Shown piece after piece: positions 61,113 through 64,000 of a stretch of 64,000 bases of DNA. Within the stretch, counting starts at the first letter, position 1. Each line of letters begins with the position of its first letter. Made by a program: the position numbers and the translations under genes. The notes under the pieces were generated by a model. That model did not search any database, was not told the DNA's origin, and saw only the letters and a list, made by a program, of their open reading frames with translations. This DNA is from Fistulifera solaris (taxonomy: Eukaryota): contig AP026140.1 of assembly GCA_030295235.1 (NCBI GenBank), positions 372,001 to 436,000 on the forward strand. The letters run 5' to 3'.

Positions 61113-62329
61113 ATGATGCACCGAAAACTGACAATTCTTCTCGGCGGCGTGCGCATGTTCGCGAACGGGTTTCAACGCCCGTTTCTTTCGCAAAGCACAA
61201 GCCACGTGCGGCTGCAGAGTCGGCCCCTCATTCACTCATTCGCCGAAAAAGCGACCTATTTAGTAGTTGGTGATGGTGACTTATCGTACAGTGCTCAGCT
61301 CTCCACCGAACTTGACAAAGAAAAGATACAATTAATTGCTTCTGTTTTAGAGGATCAAGAGACTCACCATTCCGTGTATCGATGCTCGCAGTTCAACTCC
61401 GAGATCATCTTGAAGGCGAAACAGTCTATACGGTTTGGGGTGGATGCTACGCGTCTTTCCTCGCATTTTCCCGAGCAACATTTTGATCGCATTATATTTA
61501 ACTTTCCACATTGGAGAGGGAAATCCAACAATCGTTACAACCGTCAATTACTCAACAATTTCTTAGCGTCTGCAGCGACGAAACTAAAACCGGCTGGGAA
61601 AATACATGTTGCTCTTTGTCAAGGACAAGGTGGGACCGAATCCAAGAGCTCGACGGAATGGAACGCCAGTTGGTATGTGGCAGCTTTTGCCGTCGAACAC
61701 GGTCTACTTTTGCGTCAGCTTTTACCCTTCCAAAGCCAATACAATCGGAGCTCTCATCGAGGTGTCGATAGACCTTTCAGTATGAGTGAAAATCCGCTGC
61801 TCTATGTGTTTGGCTTGCCGAATGGAGAGGCAATCGATGAGAGTTTGCAAATAGCGTTTCGACATGAATTGCGTATGGAACTACAAGGCGACGACTTTTT
61901 TCGAAATCTTTCTTTTCGAGAGAAGATCTAGAAATTGGCGACGTTATTCCCAAATTGGTTCAGGAAGTTGTCAGCGAGTACTCTGGCATAGAAGCAGAAG
62001 TCCCGTTGAGAGAGACTTACGTGACCAAAAAGCTAGCAAAAGACCAAATTGTGTTTCTTGTTGTATACAAGGGTGCTACAAGCCCGCTGACCCGTCGTGT
62101 GGCCGATGAAATTCGATGTCGCTTGGAAGCGCTTGCAGTAGAACGAATAGGACTCCGTTTAGCCAAGGCGGGAAGAATGGTTTCGAAACCTTTTCCGTAT
62201 CCACTTCTGGATTGCTTAGTGGAGGAATTTTTCAGTCGAAGGAAACTGCATGACGTCGATGCGAACGGGTTGGAAACGCACGCCAACTTGATCTTGCCTG
62301 ACGTTCAGAGGAGCACACTGGTCAATTGA
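61113..62329 (+). CDS. BMT5/DUF2431 rRNA methyltransferase-like domain with a C-terminal FDX-ACB-like domain (FDXACB1-like)
   Basis: LVVGDGDLSYS, FGVDATRL, FDRIIFNFPH and IHVALCQGQGGT. The C-terminal part is in another frame after T-runs near 61897-61915. Confidence 0.8.
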
Positions 62330-62406
62330 AATTTCAATAGCTATAGTCTTACATAACTTTACAATGCATAGAATTGCTGAAAACAAGCATGTCATCTCAT
62401 TTTTTA

Positions 62407-63441
62407 TTAACAAAAGGAGACACGATAGGCTTCCAGCCTCTCTATGACTTCAGCATCCAAGTATGCCTCCATGGCTTCAATGGGCGGTGGAGAATGGATG
62501 GTAGCCGGACCCGTAAGAACGCCAATCTTCTCGGCGGTCATCGGATCCAGACATCGGTGCACTAGTTTCCACACCCACTCAAAGGATGGAGGCATTGGGT
62601 ACACATAGCACTTTGCCAAGCGTTCTGGAAATAGCGATAGCAGTAGCGAAGAGGTGGATTGAATGAATGGCAGAAGCTGCGCTCCATTGGGATTCCGCCA
62701 ACCGAGGCCTCCCCGGACATCAATCAAAACAGTCATGCACTCCAGCGAGTTGGGATCCATTTTCCGATCCATATACAGAGCACTTGCTAAGGCATAGGTA
62801 CGCAAGCTAATCAGCCGGTCATCCATTCGCCCCGGAATAATATGAATAATGCGATTCCCCTCCTGATCCCTCATGGGCTCTCCGTTCTTCATAGTGTGAG
62901 TCGTCCCCATTTGAGGGACTTGTACCACATCCACGGTTTCTCCGCACGATTTCGCGGCGACGGCCACGGCAATTCTCCAATCGTCAATGTCTTGGTTGCC
63001 CGTGAGTGTCACGGAGGATCGAATCTCCCATTCCAACGTTTTGTGCTTGGTTTTCCACTCCAGGTATTGTTGTAAATTATGAATCGCAGAGCGGAGGTCG
63101 CCCTTGGTACCGATATAAAACCGTTGTCGTTCCTGCGGCGTTGCCGAAGGAACTTTGACATCCCAGAGTGGATCATTCAGAGGCTGATTGACTTCGGATG
63201 CATCCGATAAGGATGAATCATACGATAGATCATCCGAAAGAATACTCAGTACAGTCCCTGTCGAGTCGTGGAGACCTGCAAAAGACGAGCTAGTCTTGCG
63301 ACGCGGTTGTCTTCTGTACCACCAGAATACGATGAACGCGGCTACGAGATAGGAAGTATCGAAGTACTTCGCCGACGCCCATACCGTTGATGCGACCCAT
63401 CGAGTCACTTCCAGCAGCAACATACCCAGTTGATGGATCAT
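62407..63441 (-). CDS. CRAL-TRIO/Sec14 domain protein with an N-terminal membrane anchor
   Basis: RFY..TKGD...A...L..YLEW, TVLIDVRG and FPERLAKCYVYPMP..FEWVWKLV...LDP.T..KI. Confidence 0.85.
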   Translation of the reverse strand: MIHQLGMLLLEVTRWVASTVWASAKYFDTSYLVAAFIVFWWYRRQPRRKTSSSFAGLHDSTGTVLSILSDDLSYDSSLSDASEVNQPLNDPLWDVKVPSATPQERQRFYIGTKGDLRSAIHNLQQYLEWKTKHKTLEWEIRSSVTLTGNQDIDDWRIAVAVAAKSCGETVDVVQVPQMGTTHTMKNGEPMRDQEGNRIIHIIPGRMDDRLISLRTYALASALYMDRKMDPNSLECMTVLIDVRGGLGWRNPNGAQLLPFIQSTSSLLLSLFPERLAKCYVYPMPPSFEWVWKLVHRCLDPMTAEKIGVLTGPATIHSPPPIEAMEAYLDAEVIERLEAYRVSFC

Positions 63442-64000
63442 TTTCGACTGTCGAACGTGCAATTACCGATAAAACTTTCTTCGCAAATTATGTGATCTTC
63501 CACGATAACACGATAATAACGGTGAGCTTCCTAATTGAGGCTGTCTGTATCGTGATACACAACAAGAATCGCCTTGCCCGTCAGCACTCGGCCTCGTCGC
63601 CTGGGAATTCAATGTTGCGATGTGTGTGAACTCTTGTTGATTTGATGGGACGACAATTAATAACAACAACCATGCATTGACACGCCCCGTTTTTCGTCTT
63701 TTTCGCCAAAAGTAAACTGTCCAGAGCCACGAAGCAGCTGCTTTTTGTTTTGCGTTTTTGTTGTCACAAGTAAAGTCACAGAGTCACAATCAACGGTTGG
63801 TGGCATTTTTCGCGAGGCGACTGTACAGCGAATGTGTTTGGGGCTTATGCAACGACCAACGACTTTCTGTATAGTAATTAAGCAAGCGGTTGGCTATGGG
63901 AAAACATGTAGGACACCGGTACTCCAGTTTTGATGACCAGTTATGATCCAAAAGTCATCAGCGTCTCAGGGTCATAATTCTCTATAATGCCCTTTCTTAG

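Overview
Gene-dense eukaryotic nuclear DNA, most likely from a pennate diatom. This is inferred from short 60-100 nt GT-AG introns, an ASAFAP-type plastid presequence and protein families typical of diatoms. About 33 protein genes are recognisable: two cathepsin Z, DnaJ, RPC4, a UVSSA-like protein, MAG lipase, organellar TsaD/Kae1, HYPK, PPR, PDZ, CARNMT1, ABCE1, VPS29, an SLC38-type transporter, two LURP/LOR, a RAD51 paralog, FDXACB1-like and CRAL-TRIO. Many genes are split by 1-nt indels at homopolymers, which look like long-read consensus errors. The main hidden signal is a tandem pair of SelU/PRXL2A-type selenoprotein genes. Each has an in-frame TGA in a UxxC motif that breaks the ORF track, and SECIS-like hairpins in the 3' UTR, two of the three lacking the usual apical AA. 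Other notable items: (1) a complete non-autonomous hAT-type element with 21-bp TIRs and an 8-bp TSD; (2) two related arrays with a ~51-bp monomer and ~206-bp unit, built on a TCCAGAAwTTCTGGA palindrome; (3) intergenic DNA rich in 7-bp tandem duplications; (4) a bacterial-type secreted Ig/HYR-repeat gene with six introns; (5) a three-module RXL/SMSM Ser-Pro polyprotein ending in a beta-propeller; (6) a methyltransferase-2OG dioxygenase fusion. All family calls come from reading motifs by eye; no database searches were run.
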